Assembly (NCBI GenBank): GCA_964472295.1
Contig: CAYYJQ010000001.1
Span: 85,313 to 149,312 of the forward strand
DNA length: 64,000 nucleotides
From: an uncultured Thermodesulfobacteriota bacterium
GTDB lineage: Bacteria > Desulfobacterota > GWC2-55-46 > JADFVP01
Direction: 5' to 3'
A program made the position numbers and the translations under genes. Shown here piece by piece: positions 1 through 10,770 of this stretch. The notes under the pieces are model-generated. The model was not told the origin of the DNA and did no database searches. It saw only the letters and a program-made list of their open reading frames with translations. Each line of letters opens with the position of its first letter. The first letter of the stretch is position 1.

Positions 1-438
1 GGTGAAGAGCGATTCACCTGTTGTGGTCTTTAGACGCTCCATCAGCCCCATGCGCGTGCCCTCGCCAAGGCCTCCCGTACCCTTCATGAAGTCCTCTCTC
101 TCTGAGCCCTTCATATAGCCCAGACCTCCCATAAGAACAAAAGAGCGCCCATCCAGAAAGACAGGGAGGGCAAAGGCGTACATGTTGGCGTGGCACTTGA
201 AGATATGGGTGTCACCGTCGCTCAGGGCCCGAAGGGCGGCGCGCCGATAATCACTGATGCATCTTTCCCTAAGGTCGCCGCGCGTATTCATCCACGCGCA
301 GACACCGGATTTGGCGCTTGGAGGGACCAGACACTCCCCCCTTTCATCATTAAGCGAGAGTGATACACCGAGAAGGTTCGAGAGCCCATCCTGGAACTCA
401 CGCCACTTCGAGAGGTCAAAGCCAATCTCCGGCGCCAT
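1..438 (-). CDS. PocR-domain sensor protein, N-terminal part (runs off the left edge; not in the ORF track)
   Basis: Manual translation of an open frame from ATG 438 (alternative ATG 486) to base 1: MAPEIGFDLSKWREFQDGLSNLLGVSLSLNDERG...GVCAWM...ERCISDY...IFKCHANMYAFALPVFLDGRSFVLMGG. It has the three spaced Cys and the CH..-FA.P pattern of PocR domains, and AAGGA lies upstream of ATG 438. Confidence 0.8.
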   Translation of the reverse strand, partial: MAPEIGFDLSKWREFQDGLSNLLGVSLSLNDERGECLVPPSAKSGVCAWMNTRGDLRERCISDYRRAALRALSDGDTHIFKCHANMYAFALPVFLDGRSFVLMGGLGYMKGSEREDFMKGTGGLGEGTRMGLMERLKTTTGESLFT

Positions 439-490
439 GGGGGCATCCTTACCACCTCTGCCTGTAATTACATGCGCTCTATCCATAAGC

Positions 491-525
491 AAAAAAAAAG
501 ACCTCAATACATAAGAGTATTGAGG
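491..525 (-). terminator. Intrinsic terminator in the 5' leader of the PocR gene
   Basis: Minus strand CCTCAATAC-tcttat-GTATTGAGG-TC-T9 (perfect 9-bp stem plus U-tract). Confidence 0.8.
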
Positions 526-639
526 CAACCTTTACCCCGGCTAAAGAGACCCACCATGAGCCCTTTTTTCAACAGTTGAGACATACACTAAGAAGACCTC
601 GAAAAGACATAAGATGGAGCCAAAAAATATGTATTTTTT

Positions 640-668
640 AAAATAGCACAAATTTCTCTTTTATACAA
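640..668 (-). promoter_or_regulatory. Putative sigma70 promoter
   Basis: TTGTAT-17 nt-TATTTT with an extended -10 TG, in an AT-rich intergenic region. Confidence 0.45.
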
Positions 669-867
669 GGGATTTTTAGAACTGGGGGGAGGTGATTCCC
701 CCTCTATTTCACTGGATTAGAAGGCAGGGATTATAAAAAAGGGAGGGGGAATTCTCGAATATATTCAGGCGCGTCCATTACCATCGGAGATAAGTCTTCC
801 AATACGCCCCCCTGACCGGGACCTGTGGCAGGGAAGGGGGCGTGGCGGGCCGGCACGGTGTTCTTCC

Positions 868-1824
868 TCAGGTATTATCAAGGGCCCCCCTCGGACCCCT
901 GCCCCCCTTGGCCCCGCCCTTTGCACCGGCCTTGCCCTTGTTCTTTTCCTTCCAGAAGAGGAGTACAGGGCTCGCTATGAACATGGAGGAATATGTGCCC
1001 ACCATTACGCCGAGGAAGAGGGCAAGGGCAAAGTCATGTATGACCTCTCCGCCAATGAGCATGAGGGCCAGGAGCACGAGAAGGGTTGTAAGGGAGGTGA
1101 CCACGGTACGGCTCAGGACCTCGTTGATGCTCCTGTTCACAAGGGGATAAAAGTCCTCTCTCTTCTTTCTATGAAGGTTCTCTCTTATGCGGTCAAAGAC
1201 AACGACACTATCGGAGAGGGAGTAACCCGCGAGGGTAAGGAGGGCCGTTACGATGAGGAGGGTCATCTCCTTGTGCATGATAAAGAGGAGGCCCAGGACC
1301 ACAAGAACGTCATGAAATGTCGCTATGACAGCGGCCACGCCGAAACGGAACTCAAACCTCCATGCAACGTAAAAGAGTATGCCAAGGAGCGCTATGGAGA
1401 TTGCCTTCAAGGCGTCTGTCTGGAGTTTCTGTCCAACTGTGGGGCCAACCTCGGTGGTGGAATCAATGCTAAAGGGGTTTTCGGGCATATCCTGCCGGAA
1501 GGCATCGGAGAGGGCCTTTCTCGTAGCCGAGAGTTCCTTGCCCGTGGGTTTCAGGCGCACAAGGAGTTTATTTGAGTCGGCCAGTTCCTGAAGGTTGGCG
1601 TCCTCGAAACCCCTATTCGACAAAATATTTCTCACCTTGTCAATGGCCACGTTTTTTTCAAAACGGAACTGAATGGAGACTCCGCCGGCAAAGTCTATGC
1701 CCAGCCTCGCCATGCCCGTTGGTATGGCTATGGCCGCTACTATGCCAAGAAGGCAGAGTATGGCCGAAATTGTAAAGGTAATCTTCCTTACACCGAGAAA
1801 ATCTATCTTTGTATTTCCAAGCAT
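868..1824 (-). CDS. secF: Protein translocase subunit SecF
   Basis: LGIDFAGG, VGPTVG, FHDV, GYSLSDSVVVFDRIREN, GTYSSMFIA motifs; adjacent to secD. Confidence 0.97.
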   Translation of the reverse strand: MLGNTKIDFLGVRKITFTISAILCLLGIVAAIAIPTGMARLGIDFAGGVSIQFRFEKNVAIDKVRNILSNRGFEDANLQELADSNKLLVRLKPTGKELSATRKALSDAFRQDMPENPFSIDSTTEVGPTVGQKLQTDALKAISIALLGILFYVAWRFEFRFGVAAVIATFHDVLVVLGLLFIMHKEMTLLIVTALLTLAGYSLSDSVVVFDRIRENLHRKKREDFYPLVNRSINEVLSRTVVTSLTTLLVLLALMLIGGEVIHDFALALFLGVMVGTYSSMFIASPVLLFWKEKNKGKAGAKGGAKGGRGPRGALDNT

Positions 1825-1858
1825 AATATCCCTTTTCGCGGACCTCCCTGCAGGGGGC

Positions 1859-3445
1859 CTAAATGCTCAGTTTCTTGAGCCTGAGTTTGTCGCTCTGTAT
1901 GTCAAAGGCCACCTTTGTGCCCACAAGAGAGGTAAAGAGGTTTGTAAGTATGCCGAGGCTCAGAGTGACGGCAAAGCCCTTTATTGGTCCCGAGCCGAAC
2001 TGAAAGAGGACAAAGGCCGTAATGAGTGTCGTCACATGAGAGTCAACGATAGTCCACCATGCCCTGTCATAACCCGAGTTAATGGCCGAGCGCGGCGTCT
2101 GCCCGCCCTTGAGTTCCTCTTTTATCCTCTCGAAGATGAGGACATTGGAGTCCACGCCCATACCTATTGTGAGTATCATTCCCGCTATACCCGGGAGCGT
2201 AAGCGTGGCGTTAATCCAGGCCATTGCCCCGAGCAGCATTATCATATTAAGCCCAATGGCAAAGTCGGCCACAAGCCCCGAGGCCTTGTAGTAGACTATC
2301 ATGAAGATGAGGACCAGGACCCCGCCAAGGGCCGCGGCCCTGAGCCCCGCCCTTATGGAGTCGGCACCGAGGCTCGGGCCAACGGTGACGTTCTGTATTA
2401 TCTTTACAGGGGCGGGAAGTGCGCCCGCGCGGAGCACTATGGCAAGGTCAACGGCCTCCTCGCGCGTAAACCCGCCGCTTATCTGGGCCCTGCCGCCCGC
2501 GATGGCCTCTCTTATTACCGGGGCCGAGTGCACGTTGCCGTCAAGGACAATGGCAAGCCTCCTGTCAACGTTTTCGCGCGTAATCCTCTCAAAGGTCCTT
2601 GCCCCGGCGGAGTCAAAGGTAAGGGAGACATAGGGCTCGTTGAACTGCTGGTCAAAGGCCACGCGCGCGTCCGAGAGGGCCCCGCCCGAGAGGAGCACCT
2701 CTTTTTTCACGAGAAAAGGCACCCGGACAGGCGGACCGCCCTCGGGAGATTTCTTCAGTTGATAGAGTATCTCCGAGCCCGGGGGCACGCCCTCGGCGGC
2801 GGCCTTCTGAGGCGGCATGGACTCGTCAATAAGCCTGAACTCAAGGACAGCCGTCTTTCCTATGAGATTTATTGCGCGCCTGGTGTCCTTGAGGCCAGGG
2901 AGCTGAATGACTATCTCGCTCTCGCCCTGCTTGTGTATGAGGGGCTCGGCAACACCGAACTTGTCTATCCTGTTCCTGATGGTCTCAAGGGCCTGCGAGT
3001 GCGCCCAGTCCCTTATCCTCTTCACCTCCTCAGAGTCAAGGGCAAAGGAGATTGCGCGCTCTTTCACGCCATCCTCCTTGAAGACAGAGGCCTCGTCCTT
3101 TACGACCTCAAGGACCTTGCGCCTTGTATTCTCGTCAAAGAAACCAATGGACATATGGGAGATACCCTCTCGACGCACAAACCTGTATGGAATGTTCTTC
3201 GTGCGAAGCACGCCCTCGATAGAGTTAACAAGCCTCTGCGTATAGGTCTCTACGGCCTTGTCCTTGTCAACGTCCAGAACAAGGTGCATGCCGCCCTGAA
3301 GGTCGAGGCCAAGGGTTATCTTCGGTATCTTCTCGCCCCAGAACGACGGGAGCATATGTGATACCGGAGTGGAGGGCAGAAAGAGGGCTATGGCAACAAG
3401 CGTAAAGATACCGAGAAGTATAAGACGTAGCGCTATGCTCTTCAT
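1859..3445 (-). CDS. secD: Protein translocase subunit SecD
   Basis: LGLDLQGG, RIDKFGVAEP, RAGALPAP, VGPSLG, GMGVDSNVLIFERIKEE motifs. Confidence 0.97.
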   Translation of the reverse strand: MKSIALRLILLGIFTLVAIALFLPSTPVSHMLPSFWGEKIPKITLGLDLQGGMHLVLDVDKDKAVETYTQRLVNSIEGVLRTKNIPYRFVRREGISHMSIGFFDENTRRKVLEVVKDEASVFKEDGVKERAISFALDSEEVKRIRDWAHSQALETIRNRIDKFGVAEPLIHKQGESEIVIQLPGLKDTRRAINLIGKTAVLEFRLIDESMPPQKAAAEGVPPGSEILYQLKKSPEGGPPVRVPFLVKKEVLLSGGALSDARVAFDQQFNEPYVSLTFDSAGARTFERITRENVDRRLAIVLDGNVHSAPVIREAIAGGRAQISGGFTREEAVDLAIVLRAGALPAPVKIIQNVTVGPSLGADSIRAGLRAAALGGVLVLIFMIVYYKASGLVADFAIGLNMIMLLGAMAWINATLTLPGIAGMILTIGMGVDSNVLIFERIKEELKGGQTPRSAINSGYDRAWWTIVDSHVTTLITAFVLFQFGSGPIKGFAVTLSLGILTNLFTSLVGTKVAFDIQSDKLRLKKLSI

Positions 3446-3499
3446 AAAAGAAAACCTATCCTTGAATGCCGGGACGCTGGCGATTCAGGCCCCTGCGTT

Positions 3500-3826
3500 T
3501 TATTCTCCCTTGATCTTTCTCTTGCTTATGGCGCCCTTTTCCACCTTCACCCTCACGTTATCGGCGATCTCGATGGTAACGGTATCCTCGGAGACGCCGC
3601 TTACCCTTCCGTGCAACCCCCCTGAGGTAACGACATAATCGCCCTTGGCTGTCTTGGCGAGCATCTCCTTATGGGCCTTTGCGCGTTTTTGCTGAGGGCG
3701 TATCATGAGAAAGTAGAAGATGGCGAAGAGTACGATAATGGGGGCGAAACTAAAGATGCCCCCGGCCCCGCCCGATGGTGTCGAGTCCGCGGCAAATGCC
3801 AGCGCGACCGGTGTTATGCTAATCAA
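3500..3826 (-). CDS. yajC: Preprotein translocase subunit YajC
   Basis: FYFLMIRPQQKR...GDYVVTSGGLHG; tgt-yajC-secD-secF synteny. Confidence 0.96.
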   Translation of the reverse strand: MISITPVALAFAADSTPSGGAGGIFSFAPIIVLFAIFYFLMIRPQQKRAKAHKEMLAKTAKGDYVVTSGGLHGRVSGVSEDTVTIEIADNVRVKVEKGAISKRKIKGE

Positions 3827-3977
3827 CTTGGGTCCTCCTCTTTGGATGCGTTAAGGCCGTTTAGTCTGTCAAGGCCCCCTTGGATTTATTAAAGCCCTGT
3901 AAATGCTTCAAGCGCCCCGGACTGGTCCAGCCCTTGATAAAATTGATAAAATTAAGGGCCCTGATATATTAAGCCCC

Positions 3978-6142
<2,165 letters not shown>

Positions 6143-6225
6143 AAGCGCAAAAAAACTTCAGACAAAGCGCATTATTTTAACATAATACGCCAAGTATACA
6201 AGCCCCAATAGAAGAAGAGACGCAA

Positions 6226-6300
6226 GGAAAGTCTGATTAATTCAGACTTTCCTTCGGCGCATGGAGAGACCGCTATTTTCAAGACTTAGAAGTCATTGAA
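6226..6300 (+). mobile_element. Partial MITE copy 1 (left half)
   Basis: GGAAAGTCTGATTAATTCAGACTTTCC followed by ~45 nt similar to the copies at 8815 and 38992. Confidence 0.7.
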
Positions 6301-6311
6301 GGAGAGGGCCC

Positions 6312-7406
6312 CTAAAAGACCTTTTTAAGCCTTGTGCCGGGGTAGTAATGGCGCAGTATCTCCCTGTATGAATACCCTGCCCCGGCCATGCCGCGCGCTC
6401 CCCATTGGCTCATGCCAACGCCGTGGCCAGAGCCCCTGCCGGTAAATATAAAGAGTCCTTGACTGGCGCGCACCGTAAAGACCGAACTCCTCATGATGGA
6501 GTAGCCTATTATCCTCCTTATATCCTCTCCCCTCAATTCCGCGCTCCTGCCGCGCCGGTCCCTTATCCTTAACTTCCTTATCCTGCCGCCGGGGGTATGG
6601 TCCTCCACCGCCGCCTCCACAGGGTCTCCGATTTCATAACCCTCGGCGCGGAGCACCCTTCCAAGCATTGGGGCCGGCACGGCAAAGTCCCACCTGTAAC
6701 GGGGCGATGCCCTGTCATAGGGGCTCTTGACGGATTTAAGGTATGGGTAACTCTCCCCGCCAGACCATATATCATCGGCGGCGTCGGTGTGTCCGCCTGC
6801 GTTGGAATGAAAGACCGTCAGGGCCGGGTGGCCGTCAAAAAAGAGCGCCTCTCCGCTACAGGCCCTCACGGCCCTTGTCGCGGCCTCGTCCTCGGAGGCG
6901 GCGCCCCGGTAGACCTGTCCTGCTGTCGAGCCCTCTATGTCATAGGGGCCTGGCCCGGCGCGCTCCATCCTGTAAAGGACATAGGTCCTTGCGGCTACTG
7001 CCTGGGCCTTTACAGCCTCTACGGGCCAGGCCGAGGAGATCTCGTAGTTTATTATCCCGGCGAGATACTCCTCCATATCGAGTTCATCGACTACCATGAG
7101 GCCGCCGCCGGGCGATGCGTAAAGACGGAGCACCCCCCTGTAGGGGCGCCTGTCAATATAGATGAATTCCCCACGCGGGGCCCTGAACTCAAGGGGAAGA
7201 CGCCTTGGTCTCTTGTTCACAAGGGCACCGGCGCTTCCATCTGCCCTGCCAATGACAAAGGTCCTGCCAGCCCTCTCAATGGTCAATCCCTTTATGTCCT
7301 TAAAGAGCAGGACCCGCACGCTCCTGCCGGCCATGGCCGTGGAGGGCCAGGCCGCAAGGACGGCAAGGACGAGGATAAAGAGGAAGGGCCAGGTCTTTTT
7401 ATTCAT
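6312..7406 (-). CDS. SpoIID/LytB-domain secreted protein
   Basis: Signal peptide; EEYLAGII..E, AVKAQAVAARTY, GHGVGMSQWGA, ILRHYYPG. Confidence 0.92.
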   Translation of the reverse strand: MNKKTWPFLFILVLAVLAAWPSTAMAGRSVRVLLFKDIKGLTIERAGRTFVIGRADGSAGALVNKRPRRLPLEFRAPRGEFIYIDRRPYRGVLRLYASPGGGLMVVDELDMEEYLAGIINYEISSAWPVEAVKAQAVAARTYVLYRMERAGPGPYDIEGSTAGQVYRGAASEDEAATRAVRACSGEALFFDGHPALTVFHSNAGGHTDAADDIWSGGESYPYLKSVKSPYDRASPRYRWDFAVPAPMLGRVLRAEGYEIGDPVEAAVEDHTPGGRIRKLRIRDRRGRSAELRGEDIRRIIGYSIMRSSVFTVRASQGLFIFTGRGSGHGVGMSQWGARGMAGAGYSYREILRHYYPGTRLKKVF

Positions 7407-7485
7407 GGCCTCTCGAATGGTAAGTTACAACGCGGCCAAGGGGCTGGACAGGGGGGCCGGGGGACTGTCTTGAGATAGGCGGCCC

Positions 7486-7851
7486 CTAACACCCGCAGAG
7501 TTTCCTCAGGTAGTCCTTTAGCGCCCTTATCTCATCTTCAGTGAGCGTCTTTCCAAAGGGGGGCATGAGCGTTGACTTGCTTGTAGCCGAGCCGCCCTCG
7601 CGTATAACGTCAATAATATCAGAATCCGTAAGTTTTTTCATCTCATAGGCGCTCGTGTGGTCACGTGGGTCCACGGGCTGGGACTCCGTGGCATTGGGCC
7701 CGTCGCCCCTGCCCTCAAGGCCGTGGCACTGTGCGCAGTAAAAGACGTAATTTCCACGCGCCGTGGCCGCCCCTGCAAGCGACCATACCGCAAAGGAAAA
7801 AAACAGGGTAATAACAAGGACCAAACTTAATATGACGCCGTGCTTATTCAT
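7486..7851 (-). CDS. Monoheme class I cytochrome c
   Basis: Signal peptide, CAQCH, G.GDGP, distal MPPF Met ligand, C-terminal LCGC. Confidence 0.9.
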   Translation of the reverse strand: MNKHGVILSLVLVITLFFSFAVWSLAGAATARGNYVFYCAQCHGLEGRGDGPNATESQPVDPRDHTSAYEMKKLTDSDIIDVIREGGSATSKSTLMPPFGKTLTEDEIRALKDYLRKLCGC

Positions 7852-7885
7852 GGTAGTATCATCGCCGACATGGTCTTTTTATGGG

Positions 7886-8012
7886 GTAAAATTGCCCCAC
7901 GCGCCGCACCTTGGCCATACATTTATGAGGCAGAGGGCGGATGGTTAAAAAATCGCCCCACGCGCCGCACCTTGGCCGTACATTTGTGATGCACAGGGCG
8001 GTTGGTCAAAAA
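7886..8012. repeat. Two-unit ~61-bp tandem repeat between the cytochrome genes
   Basis: GCCCCACGCGCCGCACCTTGGCCRTACATTTRTGAKGCASAGGGCGGWTGGT at 7894 and 7955. Confidence 0.85.
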
Positions 8013-8070
8013 AACCTCCCGTCCGGCCACGCATCTTCCCTGCTTCTGCCCGCCCCCTTCACTCTCCCCC

Positions 8071-8757
8071 TCACTCAAGGCCCGCAACATAGGCGGCAAG
8101 GGCCTTCATTTCTACTTCACTTGCAAGGCCTTCATATACGGGCATTCTGCCAACTGGCTCAAAGGCGCGTTGCCCAGTAAGAAAGGCGTATATCCACTCC
8201 GGGTTGAGCCTGTCGCGCGCGCCCTCGAGAGACGGCCCCGAGAGCCCCCCCGCCACGGTCCCGCGGACCTTTACGAGGTGGCAGCCATAACAGGCGAATT
8301 TCTTGATGAAGACTATCCTTCCGCGCACGTTCACGCCGGGCCTTATGCCCGCTTGCCGCATGAGCCCCGGGGCCTTAAGGCCCATGAGATAGGCCTCCAC
8401 GGCCCCTGCCTCATCTGCGGGAAGGCGGGGGTGGTCTCCGGGGTTTTTCTCGGTAAGCGAGTTATAGGCAAGGGGCCTTATGTGCCAAGGGGCGCTTAGC
8501 CAGCCCCTGAGCCAGCCCTTCTTGAACTTGTTACCCGCGTACCATAGGTCCGGGCCCTTTTCCCGGAGAAAGTCCGCGCGCGACAGAGGGGCACGGGGCC
8601 TTTTCACCCTGTGGCAGGCCGCGCAGCGGCGCGCCGTAAAAATCTTTTTCCCGGAAAGGCCGTCCCCCCAGACGCCTGAAGGGATGGAAAGGACTACGAC
8701 AAGAATGATTAAGGAGAAAAAGGGCAGGTTTTTATTCATATTAAAAAGGCGTTTCAT
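8071..8757 (-). CDS. Diheme cytochrome c
   Basis: Signal peptide, CAACH and CYGCH, KGPDLWYAG..F, SGPSL, MP. The ORF-track start (8865) lies inside the MITE, so ATG 8757 or 8739 is preferred. Confidence 0.88.
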   Translation of the reverse strand: MKRLFNMNKNLPFFSLIILVVVLSIPSGVWGDGLSGKKIFTARRCAACHRVKRPRAPLSRADFLREKGPDLWYAGNKFKKGWLRGWLSAPWHIRPLAYNSLTEKNPGDHPRLPADEAGAVEAYLMGLKAPGLMRQAGIRPGVNVRGRIVFIKKFACYGCHLVKVRGTVAGGLSGPSLEGARDRLNPEWIYAFLTGQRAFEPVGRMPVYEGLASEVEMKALAAYVAGLE

Positions 8758-8814
8758 GGAACTTTTTCCGGGGCCAGGGGAGAACCGCCGAGACCGCCAT
8801 ATATATTCATATAA

Positions 8815-8963
8815 GGAAAGACTGATTAATTCAGACTTTCCAGCGGCGCATGGACGCGTCGCCATTTTCTATAACTGTAAGTTATTGACAATGAGAAAAA
8901 GAAAAACCGCGCTTTTTCTTTTTCGTCTCTGAATAATTCAGGGATGAATTATTCAGAGGTTCC
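8815..8963 (+). mobile_element. Complete ~150-bp MITE (IS5-like ends), copy 2
   Basis: Imperfect TIRs GGAAAGACTGATTAATTCA / (rc) GGAACCTCTGAATAATTCA; 4-bp target duplication ATAA at 8811-8814 and 8964-8967; no transposase. Confidence 0.85.
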
Positions 8964-9136
8964 ATAAAGATAAACCTTGCTTAATGTCCACCTCTCCGCT
9001 CCAACCCCATGCGCCCCGTCCAATCCCACCCCGGCCTCCCCCTCTCTCCGGTGTACTTAGGGTTTCACGCAGATGGAACAGCAGACTATGTTTTCATTCT
9101 CTCCCGCGCCCTCTCTCCCATGCCCCCTTACCGGGG

Positions 9137-10648
9137 TCAGAGGACCTCGAACCTGTCCTGCTGAAACCTCTCGACAGGGATTATCGTGACCTTTTCCTTG
9201 AACCTCTTCTCAAGGTCCTCAAGGACAGCGGCCCTTTCCTTAAGTCTCTCTGCTATGACGGGGTTACAGTAGAGCGTTGGGGCCTTTTTGCCGTGCAGTT
9301 CGCGCTCAAGGGACCTGTAGATGTCCATCATTACCGTGTGCTCGGACTTGATAAAGCCTACTCCCTCGCAGGTGGGGCAAGGCCGGCATAGAGACTGGAT
9401 GAGGTTATTGCGAAGACGCTTTCGCGTCATCTCGACTATGCCAAGGTCTGAGATGCGGAGTATGTTCGTACGGGCGCGGTCGGCCCTGAGGGCCTCCTTG
9501 AGGGCGTTGAAGACCTTGTCCCTGTCCGAGGCCTTGAGCATGTCTATGAAGTCTATGACAATAATACCACCGATATTACGGAGCCTCAGGTTCTTGACGA
9601 TTACGTCAACGGCCTCGAGGTTGGTCTTTACTATGGTATGCTCGGAGTTCTTCTTGCCTACGTACTTGCCCGTGTTCACGTCAATGGCGGTAAGCGCCTC
9701 CATCTGGTCTATTATGAGAAACCCGCCGGAGCGGAGCCAGACCTTGTTCTCAAGGGCACCGTCTATCTCAATCTCAATGCCATAGCGCTCGAAGATGCCC
9801 TCCTCGCCGGTGTAGACCTCGAGCCTCTCTTCAAGCGCCGGCATTACCTCTCTGGTGAAGTCGCGCACCTTCTCGAACTCGTCCTCCCTGTCAAGGACCA
9901 CCCTCCTGACCTTTGAGGAAAACTTGTCCCTTGCGATACGTAGCGTAAGGTCCAGTTCCTCGTGTAGGAGCGATGGCGTTGGGGCCGAGTCTTTCTTCTC
10001 TTCAATGGACTTCCAGAGCCTTACGAGGTAGTCCATGTCAGTCTTGAGGTCTTCTGCCGTGGCCCCCTCACAGACCGTCCTTATGATGAAGCCATACCCC
10101 GAGGGGCGCATCTCCTGGACTATCTTCTTGAGGCGTCTCCTCTCCCTCTCGCTTGAGATTCTCCTTGAGACCGCAACCCTGTCATATGAGGGCATGAATA
10201 CGAGGTATCTGCCGGCAAGGGAGATGTACGACGAGACGCGGGCGCCCTTGCTGCCCATTGGCTCCTTTGTGACCTGCACGACAACGTCCTGGCCGTCCTT
10301 GAGGAGGTCCTGTATCCTCAGGGCCTTGTACCGGCCCTTTCCACGGCCAGCGCCCCTGCCCTTGTCTCCGCCTGGCCTCTCCTCGGCCTGCTCATCTACG
10401 TCCTCAAGGGTCTCCTGTATATCCGAGACATGGAGAAACGCGGTCCTGTCAAGCCCAACGTTTATAAAGGCCGACTGCATGCCCGGCAATACGCGGGCCA
10501 CGCGGCCCTTGTATATGTTGCCCGTGACCTTCCGCCCTTCTGGACGCTCTATGTAGAGCTCCGCGAGAGAGCCGTCTTCCGTGATGGCAACGCGCGTCTC
10601 AAAGGGGTTTGAGTTGACAAAGATTTCTATTTTTTTTTCTTTCTTCAT
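9137..10648 (-). CDS. rng: Ribonuclease G/E family
   Basis: GNIYKGRV..VLPGMQSAF, KEPMGSKGAR, AIDVNTG, LRNIGGIIVIDFIDM; start at ATG 10648 after an AAGGAAGGA RBS. Confidence 0.93.
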   Translation of the reverse strand: MKKEKKIEIFVNSNPFETRVAITEDGSLAELYIERPEGRKVTGNIYKGRVARVLPGMQSAFINVGLDRTAFLHVSDIQETLEDVDEQAEERPGGDKGRGAGRGKGRYKALRIQDLLKDGQDVVVQVTKEPMGSKGARVSSYISLAGRYLVFMPSYDRVAVSRRISSERERRRLKKIVQEMRPSGYGFIIRTVCEGATAEDLKTDMDYLVRLWKSIEEKKDSAPTPSLLHEELDLTLRIARDKFSSKVRRVVLDREDEFEKVRDFTREVMPALEERLEVYTGEEGIFERYGIEIEIDGALENKVWLRSGGFLIIDQMEALTAIDVNTGKYVGKKNSEHTIVKTNLEAVDVIVKNLRLRNIGGIIVIDFIDMLKASDRDKVFNALKEALRADRARTNILRISDLGIVEMTRKRLRNNLIQSLCRPCPTCEGVGFIKSEHTVMMDIYRSLERELHGKKAPTLYCNPVIAERLKERAAVLEDLEKRFKEKVTIIPVERFQQDRFEVL

Positions 10649-10770
10649 TCCTTCCTTATGGCACGGCAATACCCCTCGTAATGCAAAGACCGTCCACCAT
10701 GGACGCACCCGGAAAAGGGCCGCCAGGCCACGGGACTCAACACTTATGGGGGGCGCACCGCGCCTTTATC

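Noticed and set aside
491-640. Leader as a known c-di-GMP-I, SAM-I or fluoride riboswitch
   Set aside because: The consensus cores of those classes were not found by eye; it is kept only as an unclassified candidate
1673-3361. Long plus-strand ORFs (562 aa here; also 20913-22205, 45989-47077, 49828-50856, 55409-56368, 60448-61464)
   Set aside because: They are antisense shadows of well-supported minus-strand genes, expected from GC-rich codon bias, and show no recognisable motifs
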